Shown: positions 49,220 through 57,623 of the stretch, piece by piece
Position numbering within the stretch: the stretch's first letter is position 1
Layout: each line of letters opens with the position of its first letter
Assembly: GCA_965228735.1 (NCBI GenBank)
Contig: OZ245838.1
Span: 3,872,001 to 3,936,000, forward strand
Reading direction: 5' to 3'
Source of the DNA: Planctomycetota bacterium
GTDB lineage: Bacteria > Planctomycetota > UBA1135 > UBA2386
Length of the DNA stretch: 64,000 bases
The notes under the pieces: generated by a model
Seen by the model: the letters and a program-made list of their open reading frames with translations, nothing else
The model's database searches: none
Told to the model about the DNA's origin: nothing
Position numbers and translations under genes: made by a program

Positions 49220-50350
49220 ATGACGGCTCGGTCAGGCTTTCGGTCCCGCTCGCCGGCGCGGCGCGCCAGCGGCATCGCGTCGACCATCGCGGTCGTGGTG
49301 CTCTCCGCATCGCCCGTGATGACGCAGGAGCCGGCGGCCCCCACGCCTGCCGCACCCGCACCGGCCAAACCCAAGGGGCAGCCGCAACGGATCGATCGGG
49401 TGATCGCGACCGTCAACGACGCGGCGATCATGGAGAGCACGCTGCGGGCGGCGATCGCCGGCCGGCGCAACGCCATGGAGGCGCAGCTGCAACGGCAGCT
49501 GCTACCGCAGGAGGAGCGCGCGCTCATCGGCTTCGCGCTCAACAAGGAGCTCGAGCGGCACCAGCTCGCCCAGTCCGCGAAGACGCTCGGCATTCTGCCG
49601 CCCGAACGGGTCGAGGCCCTGCTGCAGGACGAGATCCAACGCGGCGTCGCCGAACGCGTCCGCGACGTGGGGTCGTGGCAGCAGTTCACCGACGAGCTGC
49701 AGCGCACGGGCTCCTGGCGCAGCTACATGCGCCGCGAGCGGGTCCAGACCCTGTCGAACTTCGCGCGCCAGATCGCCGTCGGCCTGCGGATGCAGAAGCA
49801 GGACAACCTGTTCCTGACGCCCAAGATGATGCGCGACGTCTGGCGCCGCCAGACGACCGGCGAGTTCGCGGGCAACAATCGGTTCGTCAGCCCGGCTTCC
49901 GCGGTGATCGAGCTCGTCCACTTCGCTGGTGAGGACGCCGAGAAGCTCGCCAACGCTGCTCGTAAGCTCTGGACCGAAAAGGACATGGGCGCCAAGGACC
50001 TGCTCGCGGCGCTGCCCGGGGCGACCCCGTCCAACAGCTCCGCGATCGAGGCCCTCACGGTCACCCCGGCAGCGCGCGAGGACCTCGCGGCGCCCGAGAT
50101 CGCCGACTTCGCCCTGGCCGGCCCCGAGGGCGCGGTGAGCGCGCCGATCCCGGTGGCGGACGGCACCCGGATGGTCGTCCGGATCCGGTTCTACACCGCG
50201 GCGCGAAACGCCGAGTTCAGCGATCCGGAAGTGCAGCGGCAGCTGCGGATCATCTGCATGAACGCGATCGAGGAAGGCTTCATCCGCCAGGCTCTCGCGC
50301 GCGCCCAGACCCGAACGCAAATCTGGCTATCGCCTGAACTTAGGCGCTAG
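49220..50350 (+). CDS. SurA-like periplasmic chaperone (SurA N-terminal domain)
   Basis: Signal peptide, then IDRVIATVNDAAI; degenerate parvulin-like region (DFALAGPEGAVSAPI). Confidence 0.65.
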   Translation: MTARSGFRSRSPARRASGIASTIAVVVLSASPVMTQEPAAPTPAAPAPAKPKGQPQRIDRVIATVNDAAIMESTLRAAIAGRRNAMEAQLQRQLLPQEERALIGFALNKELERHQLAQSAKTLGILPPERVEALLQDEIQRGVAERVRDVGSWQQFTDELQRTGSWRSYMRRERVQTLSNFARQIAVGLRMQKQDNLFLTPKMMRDVWRRQTTGEFAGNNRFVSPASAVIELVHFAGEDAEKLANAARKLWTEKDMGAKDLLAALPGATPSNSSAIEALTVTPAAREDLAAPEIADFALAGPEGAVSAPIPVADGTRMVVRIRFYTAARNAEFSDPEVQRQLRIICMNAIEEGFIRQALARAQTRTQIWLSPELRR

Positions 50351-50473
50351 TGCCACGAACTGACCGGAGCCCCGGAGCGAGGGCGCGGCCGCCGACCCGG
50401 AAACCTCGGGGAGAACCCGCGGTCCCGGTTGCCTGAACCCACCGGGTTCGCTCTACTCTTTCGCCCCCTCTCC

Positions 50474-50499
50474 TGAACCTGCCCGCAGGTTCCACCGTT
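50474..50499 (+). promoter_or_regulatory. Putative ECF promoter TGAACC-N16-CGTT
   Basis: Same boxes and spacing as at 54525-54550 upstream of the paralog. Confidence 0.5.
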
Positions 50500-50589
50500 G
50501 TTCGCGGTGCGGTCCCGTCTGTCTTCCGGGGCCCTGATCCAAGCTCGCGCGAACCCAACTTTCGCGACCCAATTCGCCAGGACGTCCCA

Positions 50590-52110
50590 ATGTCGCAGGT
50601 CGACCCAACCAAGATCCACGTCGAGTCCAACCAGGTTCCCATCTGGGAGTCCGAGGTCACGTTCCAGGACATGATGGCTGAGCAGCTGCGCCACGCTCCG
50701 TGGCTGGCCCTCAGCGCGATTCTCCACGCCATCCTCTTCGCGATCCTCTACGCCGTCATCCCGGCGGACAAGAAGGAGGAGCCGAAGAAGAAGGCCGAGA
50801 TGATCCAGAAGATCGAGGAGGACGTCGTCGAGCCGCCGCCCCCGCCGCCGCCGGAGACGCAGCCGGAGGAGACGGTCGACGAGATCGAGCTCACGGAGCA
50901 GGTCATCACCGAGACCGAGAACGTCGAGACGATCAGCGAGGTCAACCAGAAGGAGTCGGCGTTCGACAGCAACCAGTGGAACTCGGCCGTCGGTCTCGGC
51001 GGCGGTGCTGGTGGCAAGTACGGCGGCCGCGGCGGCAAGGGTGGCAAGAAGGGCGGCGGCAAGGCCTACGCCGAAGCCATCGACGCCGGCCTGCGCTGGC
51101 TCAAGAACCACCAGGACGAGGACGGCAAGTGGGACTGCGATCAGTTCATGAAGCACGACCTCGAGGGTGAGATCTGCGACGGTGCCGGCAACGCCGTGCA
51201 CGACGTGGGCGTCACCGGCCTCGCGCTGCTCGCCTTCCTCGGCGACAACAACACGATGCGCGCCGGCCCCTACAAGCAGGTCGTCAAGGACGGCGTGAAG
51301 TGGCTGCGCAGCCAGCAGCAGGAGAACGGGCTGTTCGGCACCAACACGTCGCACGACTTCATCTACGACCACGCGATCGCGTCGTACGCGATGTGCGAGG
51401 CGTTCGGCCTGAGCAACTACACGCTGCTCAAGAGCACGGCGCAGAAGAGCATCAACTACCTCGAGTCGCACCGGAACCCGTACTCGGTCTGGCGCTACCA
51501 GCCGCGCGACAACGACAACGACACGTCGGTCACGGGCTGGGGCATCATGGCCTACAAGTCGGGCGAGTACTTCGGCCTGACGGTCAGCAAGACCGCGCTC
51601 GAACTCTGCGCGACGTGGATGGACCAGGTCTCCGACCCGTCGGGCCGTCACGGCTACAGCAAGCAGGGCGAGCAGTCCTCGCGCAAGCCGGGCGACCACA
51701 AGGTGCGCTTCCCGGTCGACGAAGGCGAGTCGATGACCGCCGTCGGTCTGTTCTGCCGCTTCTTCATGGGCCAGGACCCGAAGGAGAAGCCGATCATGAA
51801 GAAGGCCGCCGACCTGATTCTCAGCAAGCCCCCGGTGTGGGACGAGAAGAAGGGCTCGATCGACCACTACTACTGGTACTACGGCACCTACGCCCTCTTC
51901 CAGATGGGCGGCCGCCACTGGACCACGTGGCAGAAGGAGCTCAACAAGGCGGTCGTGAAGACGCAGGAGCGCGACAAGACCAAGAAGAACCTCTACGGCT
52001 CCTGGGACCCGATCGGTGCCTGGGGTGAGGACGGCGGCCGCGTCTACAGCACGGCGATCCTCACGCTGACGCTGGAGGCGTTCTACCGCTACACGAAGCT
52101 GATTCGCTGA
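50590..52110 (+). CDS. Prenyltransferase/squalene oxidase repeat protein (paralog 1)
   Basis: N-terminal TM (SAILHAIL), Pro/Glu linker, GLRWLKNHQDEDGKW, TGLALLAFLG, WRYQP, DTSVTGW, YYWYYGTYALFQ, GGRVYSTA. Confidence 0.85.
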   Translation: MSQVDPTKIHVESNQVPIWESEVTFQDMMAEQLRHAPWLALSAILHAILFAILYAVIPADKKEEPKKKAEMIQKIEEDVVEPPPPPPPETQPEETVDEIELTEQVITETENVETISEVNQKESAFDSNQWNSAVGLGGGAGGKYGGRGGKGGKKGGGKAYAEAIDAGLRWLKNHQDEDGKWDCDQFMKHDLEGEICDGAGNAVHDVGVTGLALLAFLGDNNTMRAGPYKQVVKDGVKWLRSQQQENGLFGTNTSHDFIYDHAIASYAMCEAFGLSNYTLLKSTAQKSINYLESHRNPYSVWRYQPRDNDNDTSVTGWGIMAYKSGEYFGLTVSKTALELCATWMDQVSDPSGRHGYSKQGEQSSRKPGDHKVRFPVDEGESMTAVGLFCRFFMGQDPKEKPIMKKAADLILSKPPVWDEKKGSIDHYYWYYGTYALFQMGGRHWTTWQKELNKAVVKTQERDKTKKNLYGSWDPIGAWGEDGGRVYSTAILTLTLEAFYRYTKLIR

Positions 52111-52264
52111 TCAGCTTGCTGCTCTTTTGACGGCGCATAGGAGCCCACTCGGGCGCGGGAAGAGGGTTGGCGCGACGCCGTCGGGAGGCGGCTTCGCCGT
52201 CTCGGGGCGGAGAAACGGCTTCGCCTCCTTTCGCTGGGTCGGCGCGCCGCGGAGCGGGAGCTCG

Positions 52265-52310
52265 GGATCCTGCGTACGGTACCCGGATCCTGCGTACGGT
52301 ACCCGGTTCG
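52265..52310. repeat. REP-like family B, 20-bp tandem duplication
   Basis: GGATCCTGCGTACGGTACCC x2 followed by GGTTC; core GCGTACGGTACCCGGTTC shared with 60568. Confidence 0.7.
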
Positions 52311-52345
52311 TGGTGCCGGGCTGGGCGGCGCTTGGTGCCTCTCGT

Positions 52346-53239
52346 TCAGGTCCGCGTCATCGGACTCAGCGCGGCGGGGCCGTTCAGTAACGGCTGTCCG
52401 CGCACCATGAGGATGTCTTCGTTGGGGTGTGGGTGCGGTCTGAAGTCGGCTTCGAAGCGGTCCGGGGTGAACCAGGTTTCGAGCGCTTGGATCGGTTGGT
52501 CGCTGTGGCTGGTCATCGCGGCGAGGATTCGTGGCAGCGGTGGCGGGGTTTCGGCGACGACGTCGTAGAGCCGCAGGACGCCGTCTTCGACCTCGCCCAC
52601 GAGCACGGCCTGGTCCTCCGGCAGTGCGATGAGCAGTGATTCGGACGGGGTAGCCGTCGCTTCGAGCCAGAGCGCGAGGTCGATGTAGAAGTGCCAGCCG
52701 GGGTCCGCTGCCGAAAGCTGCGCCGAGACGGGCTGGCGTCGCTCGAGGGCGGATTGCAGCAGGTCCAGATCTGCTGGTTGATCGAGCGCAAGCGCGTGCG
52801 TGGCGACGCTCTCGTCCGCCGTCTCCACCGCTGCAGCTGGGAGCCGAAACACCGACTCGGGCTCCGGCTCGAAGCCGAACCGGCGGTAGAAGTCGACCTT
52901 CTCCGACCAGAGGATGACGCGCTCGCAGCTCGCGACGTCGACGTCGCGCAACGCGCGCTCGATCGCGCGGCGCGCGTGACCGGCACCGCGATGCGACTCG
53001 CGCACGCAGATGCCGTGCAGCGCCGCGACGCGCCGCACCTTGCCGTCGATCGCGAACCGACAGTCGATGCGCCCGACGTGGGCGATCGGCAGCTCGCCGT
53101 CGAACTCGAGGTAGGGCGTCGACACGTCGAACCAGTGCCCGCCCCACCTCGCCGCGCGTTCGATGCCGCGGGGCACGAACGGCCACACGGTGCCGAGCAG
53201 CTCCATGACGTGACGCCGGATTGTCGCGCGATCCTGCAC
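52346..53239 (-). CDS. GNAT family N-acetyltransferase
   Basis: IAHVG, LHGICVRESHRGAGHARR (acetyl-CoA motif A), DFYRRFGF; start uncertain (GTG 53239 or ATG 53206). Confidence 0.8.
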   Translation of the reverse strand: MQDRATIRRHVMELLGTVWPFVPRGIERAARWGGHWFDVSTPYLEFDGELPIAHVGRIDCRFAIDGKVRRVAALHGICVRESHRGAGHARRAIERALRDVDVASCERVILWSEKVDFYRRFGFEPEPESVFRLPAAAVETADESVATHALALDQPADLDLLQSALERRQPVSAQLSAADPGWHFYIDLALWLEATATPSESLLIALPEDQAVLVGEVEDGVLRLYDVVAETPPPLPRILAAMTSHSDQPIQALETWFTPDRFEADFRPHPHPNEDILMVRGQPLLNGPAALSPMTRT

Positions 53240-53267
53240 GGCGACAGTAGACCCCAGCCAACGCGGT

Positions 53268-53696
53268 TCAGGCCAGGGCCAACGCGCGCAGCAACTTCGA
53301 CCTCGGCCGCAAGAGGTCGGCCAGCGTGTAACCGTCGAGCGCCTGCACGAACGCCGCGGTCGCCTCACCGAGCGCGCGCTGCAGGACGCAGCGGTCGGTC
53401 AGTACGCACGCACTCTCGCTCCGGAAGCACTCCACGATCTCGAGGTTCTCCAGGCTCGACACGAGGGCGCCGAGCCGGATGCGACTCGGCGGACGCCCGA
53501 GCTCGATGCCGCCGCTGCGACCGCGGAAGGTCGCGAGGTGGCCGAGTTCCTGCAGCCGGTGCACGACCTTGACGATGTGATTGCGCGAGATCCCGTAGGC
53601 CTCGCTGACCTCGGTGATCGACGATCGTTCGTCCGGCCGAAGGCCGACGTAGACGAGCACCCGCAGCGAGTAGTCGGTGAACGCAGTGAGCTGCAT
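53268..53696 (-). CDS. nsrR: Rrf2 family NO-sensing repressor NsrR
   Basis: MQLTAFTDYSLRVL, YGISRNHIVKVV, RGRSGGI, three Cys in ECFRSESACVLTDRC. Confidence 0.88.
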   Translation of the reverse strand: MQLTAFTDYSLRVLVYVGLRPDERSSITEVSEAYGISRNHIVKVVHRLQELGHLATFRGRSGGIELGRPPSRIRLGALVSSLENLEIVECFRSESACVLTDRCVLQRALGEATAAFVQALDGYTLADLLRPRSKLLRALALA

Positions 53697-53699
53697 GGC

Positions 53700-53978
53700 T
53701 CACTCGGCCGCGCGGAAGAACTCCAGCTGGAACCGCGCGTCGTCGCTGAGTTCGACCCGGTGCGGCAGGTCCGGCGGCACGGTTCCGGTCTCACCCTGCG
53801 CGATCGCGGTCACCTGGTTCGCGCCCAGGTCCACGAACGTCACGGTTCCCGAGAACACCGTCAATCGGGCCCAGCGACCCGCCGCCAGGGTATGGCGCGA
53901 AAGTAGGGCTGCCGGCACGTTGCCGGGGTCGAACTCGGGCGATCGGCCAGTGGATTCGAGGTTGTCGGGCATGTTCAT
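53700..53978 (-). CDS. DUF1971 / YeaR (TehB N-terminal-like) cupin protein
   Basis: PAALLSRHTLAAGRWARLTV..G.V.F, VPPDLPHRV, FQLEFF. Confidence 0.8.
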   Translation of the reverse strand: MNMPDNLESTGRSPEFDPGNVPAALLSRHTLAAGRWARLTVFSGTVTFVDLGANQVTAIAQGETGTVPPDLPHRVELSDDARFQLEFFRAAE

Positions 53979-53991
53979 GTCGGCTACTCTA

Positions 53992-54014
53992 AAGATGTAA
54001 GCAGTCTACATGTT
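53992..54014. promoter_or_regulatory. NsrR operator (11-1-11 inverted repeat)
   Basis: AAGATGTAAGC-A-GTCTACATGTT in the 57-nt divergent gap; resembles the AAGATGCATTT-N-AAATGCATCTT consensus. Confidence 0.75.
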
Positions 54015-54035
54015 TCAGGGCAACGGAGCAACGGT

Positions 54036-54425
54036 GTGACCATCGACATCTTCGAGATGCGCCGACGGGTCACCGAGACCGACATCGCGAGGCTGGTGGA
54101 CGGCTTCTACGACCGGGTTCGGGAGCACCCGACGCTGGCACCGGTGTTCGATGCTCGCGTCGAGAACGAGGATTGGCCCGAGCACCTCGCCAAGATGAAG
54201 CGCTTCTGGTCGACGGTCCTGCTCGGCACCGGTCGGTATCGCGGCAATCCCATGACGGCGCACGAGTCGATTCCCGGCGTCTCGCGCGCGCACTTCGCGG
54301 ACTGGCTCTCGCTGTTCGAAGACGTGGTTCACGACGTCTTCGCCACGGAGGTCGCGGCCGCGATCGTGCAGCGTGCGCACCGCATGGGTGACAGTCTGAT
54401 GGCGAACCTGCGCCTCGCCGACTGA
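54036..54425 (+). CDS. Group III truncated hemoglobin (trHbP/Ctb-like)
   Basis: LVDGFYDRVR..LAPVF, DWPEHLAKMKRFWSTVL..GRYRGNPM..H, HFADWLSLF. Confidence 0.9.
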   Translation: MTIDIFEMRRRVTETDIARLVDGFYDRVREHPTLAPVFDARVENEDWPEHLAKMKRFWSTVLLGTGRYRGNPMTAHESIPGVSRAHFADWLSLFEDVVHDVFATEVAAAIVQRAHRMGDSLMANLRLAD

Positions 54426-54524
54426 TCCCGCCCGGCCGCCGCTGCACGTTTTCCCATTCCCGGGTGCGAGCCTGCTGAACCGAGCCGCCGCGAAATCGTT
54501 GCCGCGCGGATCGGCCAACGGGCT

Positions 54525-54550
54525 TGAACCACGCGCGAGCCGCCGGCGTT
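54525..54550 (+). promoter_or_regulatory. Putative ECF promoter TGAACC-N16-CGTT
   Basis: Matches 50474-50499; a second TGAACC-N15-CGTT copy lies at 54476-54500. Confidence 0.5.
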
Positions 54551-54595
54551 TCCCGAGCCGTCCGACCGATCCAACGGACGACAGCGGAGCCGACA

Positions 54596-56110
54596 ATGAC
54601 GCAGCTCGATCCCACGAAGTTCTCGGTCTCTTCGAACCTCGAAGACGACATCACGTTCCAGGACATGGTCGCCGAACAACTGCGGCGCTCACCGTGGCTC
54701 ATGATCTCCAGTGCGCTGCACGCGCTCGGCGTGCTCGTGCTCTGGGCGCTCGTGCCGGTGGAACGCCCGCCCGAACCGCAGCACCAGAGCCAGGTACTCA
54801 TGCCGCAAACGCAGCCGGTCGTCGAGCCGCCGCAGCCGGAGAAGACCGAGATCGAACCCGAGCCGACGATCGACGACATCGAGCTCACCCCCGTCGACGT
54901 GCCGATCGAGAACGAAGCGGTGGAGGTCGCCGATGCGACGGCCACCGAATCGACGCTGTCCGCGTTCACGAGCAACGGCGACAACCCGGCGCTCGGCCTC
55001 GGCGGCAACGCGGGCGGCCCCTACGGCAACCGCGGCCCGCGCGGCGGCGGCGTGGGCGGCCGCGCCGCACTCCCGACGATCGACCGCGCTCTCGAGTGGC
55101 TCGCGCGGCATCAGGACGCGGACGGCCGCTGGGACTGCGACCAGTTCATGAAGCACGACCTCGAGGGTGAGATCTGCGACGGTGCCGGCAACGCGGTGCA
55201 CGACGTCGGTGTCACGGGTCTCGCGCTGCTCGCGTTTCTCGGCGACAACCACACGCTGCGCGCCGGCAAGTACCGCGACGTCGTGAAGCGCGGCGTGATG
55301 TGGCTGCGCAGCGAGCAGCAGGACAACGGCCTGTTCGGCTCGGACACGTCGCACGACTACATCTACGACCACGCGATCGCGACCTACGCGATGTGCGAAG
55401 CGTGCGGCCTGTCGCGCTCCCGCCTGCTCCGGCCGGTCGCCCAGCGCGCGCTCAACTACCTCGAGTCGCACCGCAACCCGTACTCGGTCTGGCGCTACCA
55501 GCCGCGCGACGGCGACAACGACACGTCGATCACGGGCTGGGCGATCATGGCCTACGAGGCCGGCAAGTTCTTCGAGCTGCAGGTCAGCGACGCGGCGCTG
55601 CAGTGCTGCGCAGCGTGGCTCGACCAGGTCTGCGACTCGAACGGGCGGCACGGCTACCGCAAGCAGGGCGAGCTCAGTTCGCGCAAGCCCGGCGATCACA
55701 AGACGCGCTTCCCCGTCGACCGTGGCGAGGCGATGACGGCGGTCGGACTGTTCTCCCGCTTCTTCCTCGGGCAGAACCCGAAGGAGGTGCCGGTGATGAA
55801 GCAGGCGGCGACGTTGATCGGCAAGAAGCCGCCCGTGTGGGACGAGGGCGCCGGCGCGATCGACCATTACTACTGGTATTACGCGACCTACGCGCTGTTC
55901 CAGATCGGCGGCCGGCCGTGGCAACAGTGGCAGAAGGCGCTCGGCAAGGCGATCCTGCCGACGCAGCACCAGGACAGATCGCGCCCCAACCACCTCGGCT
56001 CGTGGGATCCGGTCGGCGCCTGGGGCGACGATGGCGGCCGCGTCTACAGCACCGCGATCCTCACCCTCACGCTGCAGGCGCACTACCGGTACTCGCCCCT
56101 GCTGCGGTGA
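54596..56110 (+). CDS. Prenyltransferase/squalene oxidase repeat protein (paralog 2)
   Basis: Colinear and highly similar to 50590-52110 (e.g. identical WDCDQFMKHDLEGEICDGAGNAVHDVGVTGLALLAFLGDN). Confidence 0.85.
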   Translation: MTQLDPTKFSVSSNLEDDITFQDMVAEQLRRSPWLMISSALHALGVLVLWALVPVERPPEPQHQSQVLMPQTQPVVEPPQPEKTEIEPEPTIDDIELTPVDVPIENEAVEVADATATESTLSAFTSNGDNPALGLGGNAGGPYGNRGPRGGGVGGRAALPTIDRALEWLARHQDADGRWDCDQFMKHDLEGEICDGAGNAVHDVGVTGLALLAFLGDNHTLRAGKYRDVVKRGVMWLRSEQQDNGLFGSDTSHDYIYDHAIATYAMCEACGLSRSRLLRPVAQRALNYLESHRNPYSVWRYQPRDGDNDTSITGWAIMAYEAGKFFELQVSDAALQCCAAWLDQVCDSNGRHGYRKQGELSSRKPGDHKTRFPVDRGEAMTAVGLFSRFFLGQNPKEVPVMKQAATLIGKKPPVWDEGAGAIDHYYWYYATYALFQIGGRPWQQWQKALGKAILPTQHQDRSRPNHLGSWDPVGAWGDDGGRVYSTAILTLTLQAHYRYSPLLR

Positions 56111-56299
56111 CGGGTGGCGGCGCGGCAACGCGCCACGCCGCGCGCCGCGATTTGCGGTGATTCTCGCTTCGAGCCCGGCCTGACCGCGGCGGCTGTCGGC
56201 GCGCCCGACAGTCCTGCAACTGCGCCATCCGCGACCGGCGCGCGACCCGTCGATGGCGTGGGCATTGTGGAAAAACCCGCTTCCCGGCGTGAGATTTCC

Positions 56300-56328
56300 T
56301 GAAGTAGGACTCAAGCGGCTGCCGAAGA
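56300..56328 (+). promoter_or_regulatory. Possible sigma28 promoter of flagellin (TGAAG...GCCGAAGA)
   Basis: GCCGAAGA -10-like box at 56321; spacing to TGAAG is slightly long; clear SD AAGGAG before the ATG. Confidence 0.3.
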
Positions 56329-56386
56329 GCCAGGGAGTGAGAGGGCGGATCCAGCTGCCCCGAGAGGACAGGCAAAGGAGTCGACA

Positions 56387-57217
56387 ATGGGCCTACGGGT
56401 CAATTCCAACATCGCATCGCTCAACGCGCGACGGTCACTGTCACGAACGACCGAACAACTGCAGGCGAACTACCGGCGCCTCTCCACGGGTCTGCGCATT
56501 TCCACCGCATCGGACGACGCCGCCGGCCTTGCGATCTCGGAGCGCTTCCGCGCCCAGATCCGGTCGACCAACCAGGCGATCCGGAACGCGCAGGACGGCA
56601 TCTCGCTAACGCAGACGGGTGAGGGCGCACTCAACGAAGTGTCCGCGATCCTCATCCGCATGCGGGAACTGTCGATGCAGGCGAGCAACGGCACGGTCAG
56701 CTCGGCCGACCGGACGACGCTGCATCAGGAGTTCAGCGACCTCATCAACGAGATCGACCGCATCGCGGAATCGACGAGCTTCAACGGCGTCCGCCTGCTG
56801 GACGGCACGGGCTCGACGATCACGTTCCAGGTCGGCACCGGCACGATCGCCGGCATCGACACGATCCAACTCACGACGTCGGACACGCTGGCGTCGACGC
56901 TCGGGCTCTCGAGCCTCGACATCGGTTCGGCCGGCACGCCGACCGTGGCGGTCTCGGCGCTCGACGACGCGATCAACATCGTGTCCCGCATCCGTGGTCA
57001 GTTCGGCGCGGCCCAGAACCGCCTCACGACCACGATCGCGAACCTGCAGATCCAGACCGAGAACCTCAGCGCGGCGGAGTCGCGCATTCGCGACGTCGAC
57101 GTCGCGGTCGAGACCTCGTCGCTGACGCGGAACTCGATCCTGCAGCAGGCCGCGATCTCGGTGCTCGCGCAGGCGAACACGCAACCGCAGGCCGCGCTGC
57201 AGCTGCTGCAGACCTAA
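56387..57217 (+). CDS. fliC: Flagellin
   Basis: RVNSNIASLNA, RLSTGLRISTASDDAAGLAISE, NAQDGIS, GAAQNRL, AESRIRDVD, VLAQAN; 276 aa minimal type. Confidence 0.96.
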   Translation: MGLRVNSNIASLNARRSLSRTTEQLQANYRRLSTGLRISTASDDAAGLAISERFRAQIRSTNQAIRNAQDGISLTQTGEGALNEVSAILIRMRELSMQASNGTVSSADRTTLHQEFSDLINEIDRIAESTSFNGVRLLDGTGSTITFQVGTGTIAGIDTIQLTTSDTLASTLGLSSLDIGSAGTPTVAVSALDDAINIVSRIRGQFGAAQNRLTTTIANLQIQTENLSAAESRIRDVDVAVETSSLTRNSILQQAAISVLAQANTQPQAALQLLQT

Positions 57218-57266
57218 GGGTAGCGGCAGCCGCTCGACCCACGCGGGGGAGCAACCGCTCGGCCGC

Positions 57267-57533
57267 TCAGGCCGACAGGCTCGCGACGGCGCGCGTCACG
57301 AGGCTCTTCTTCCGAGCCGCCGTGTTGGCGTGGATGATGTGGCTCTTGGCCGCCTTGTCGATGAGCTTGTGCACGCCAGAAAGCGCCGCTTCGGCGGTGC
57401 TCTTGTCGCCAGCCTCGACCGCGGTGAGAAGCTTCTTCATCTCGGTCCGCATGCGGGACATCTTGGCCTTGTTGGCCAAACGGTCGCGCTCGGTCTGGCG
57501 AACGCGCTTCTGTGCTTGCTTGCTGTGGGCCAT
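57267..57533 (-). CDS. rpsT: 30S ribosomal protein S20
   Basis: MAHSKQAQKRVRQ, IDKAAK..IIHANTAARKKS. Confidence 0.96.
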   Translation of the reverse strand: MAHSKQAQKRVRQTERDRLANKAKMSRMRTEMKKLLTAVEAGDKSTAEAALSGVHKLIDKAAKSHIIHANTAARKKSLVTRAVASLSA

Positions 57534-57623
57534 TTTGGGGGCGGGGATCCTAGCGGGAAGCGGCGGGGCTGGGAAGGCCGGAAGGGGAAAAGGCGACCCC
57601 GGGTCCGAGACCCCGGAGCGGCG

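Noticed and set aside
48368..49361. Long N-terminal extensions in the ORF track (also 30397-30976, 40937-41231, 45281-45554)
   Set aside because: They overlap neighbouring genes or leaders; starts were reassigned using family N-termini and stop/start overlaps
51142..55510. Near-identical tracts between paralogs considered as DGR template/variable repeats
   Set aside because: Both copies lie in full-length genes, differences are not adenine-specific, and no reverse transcriptase is present
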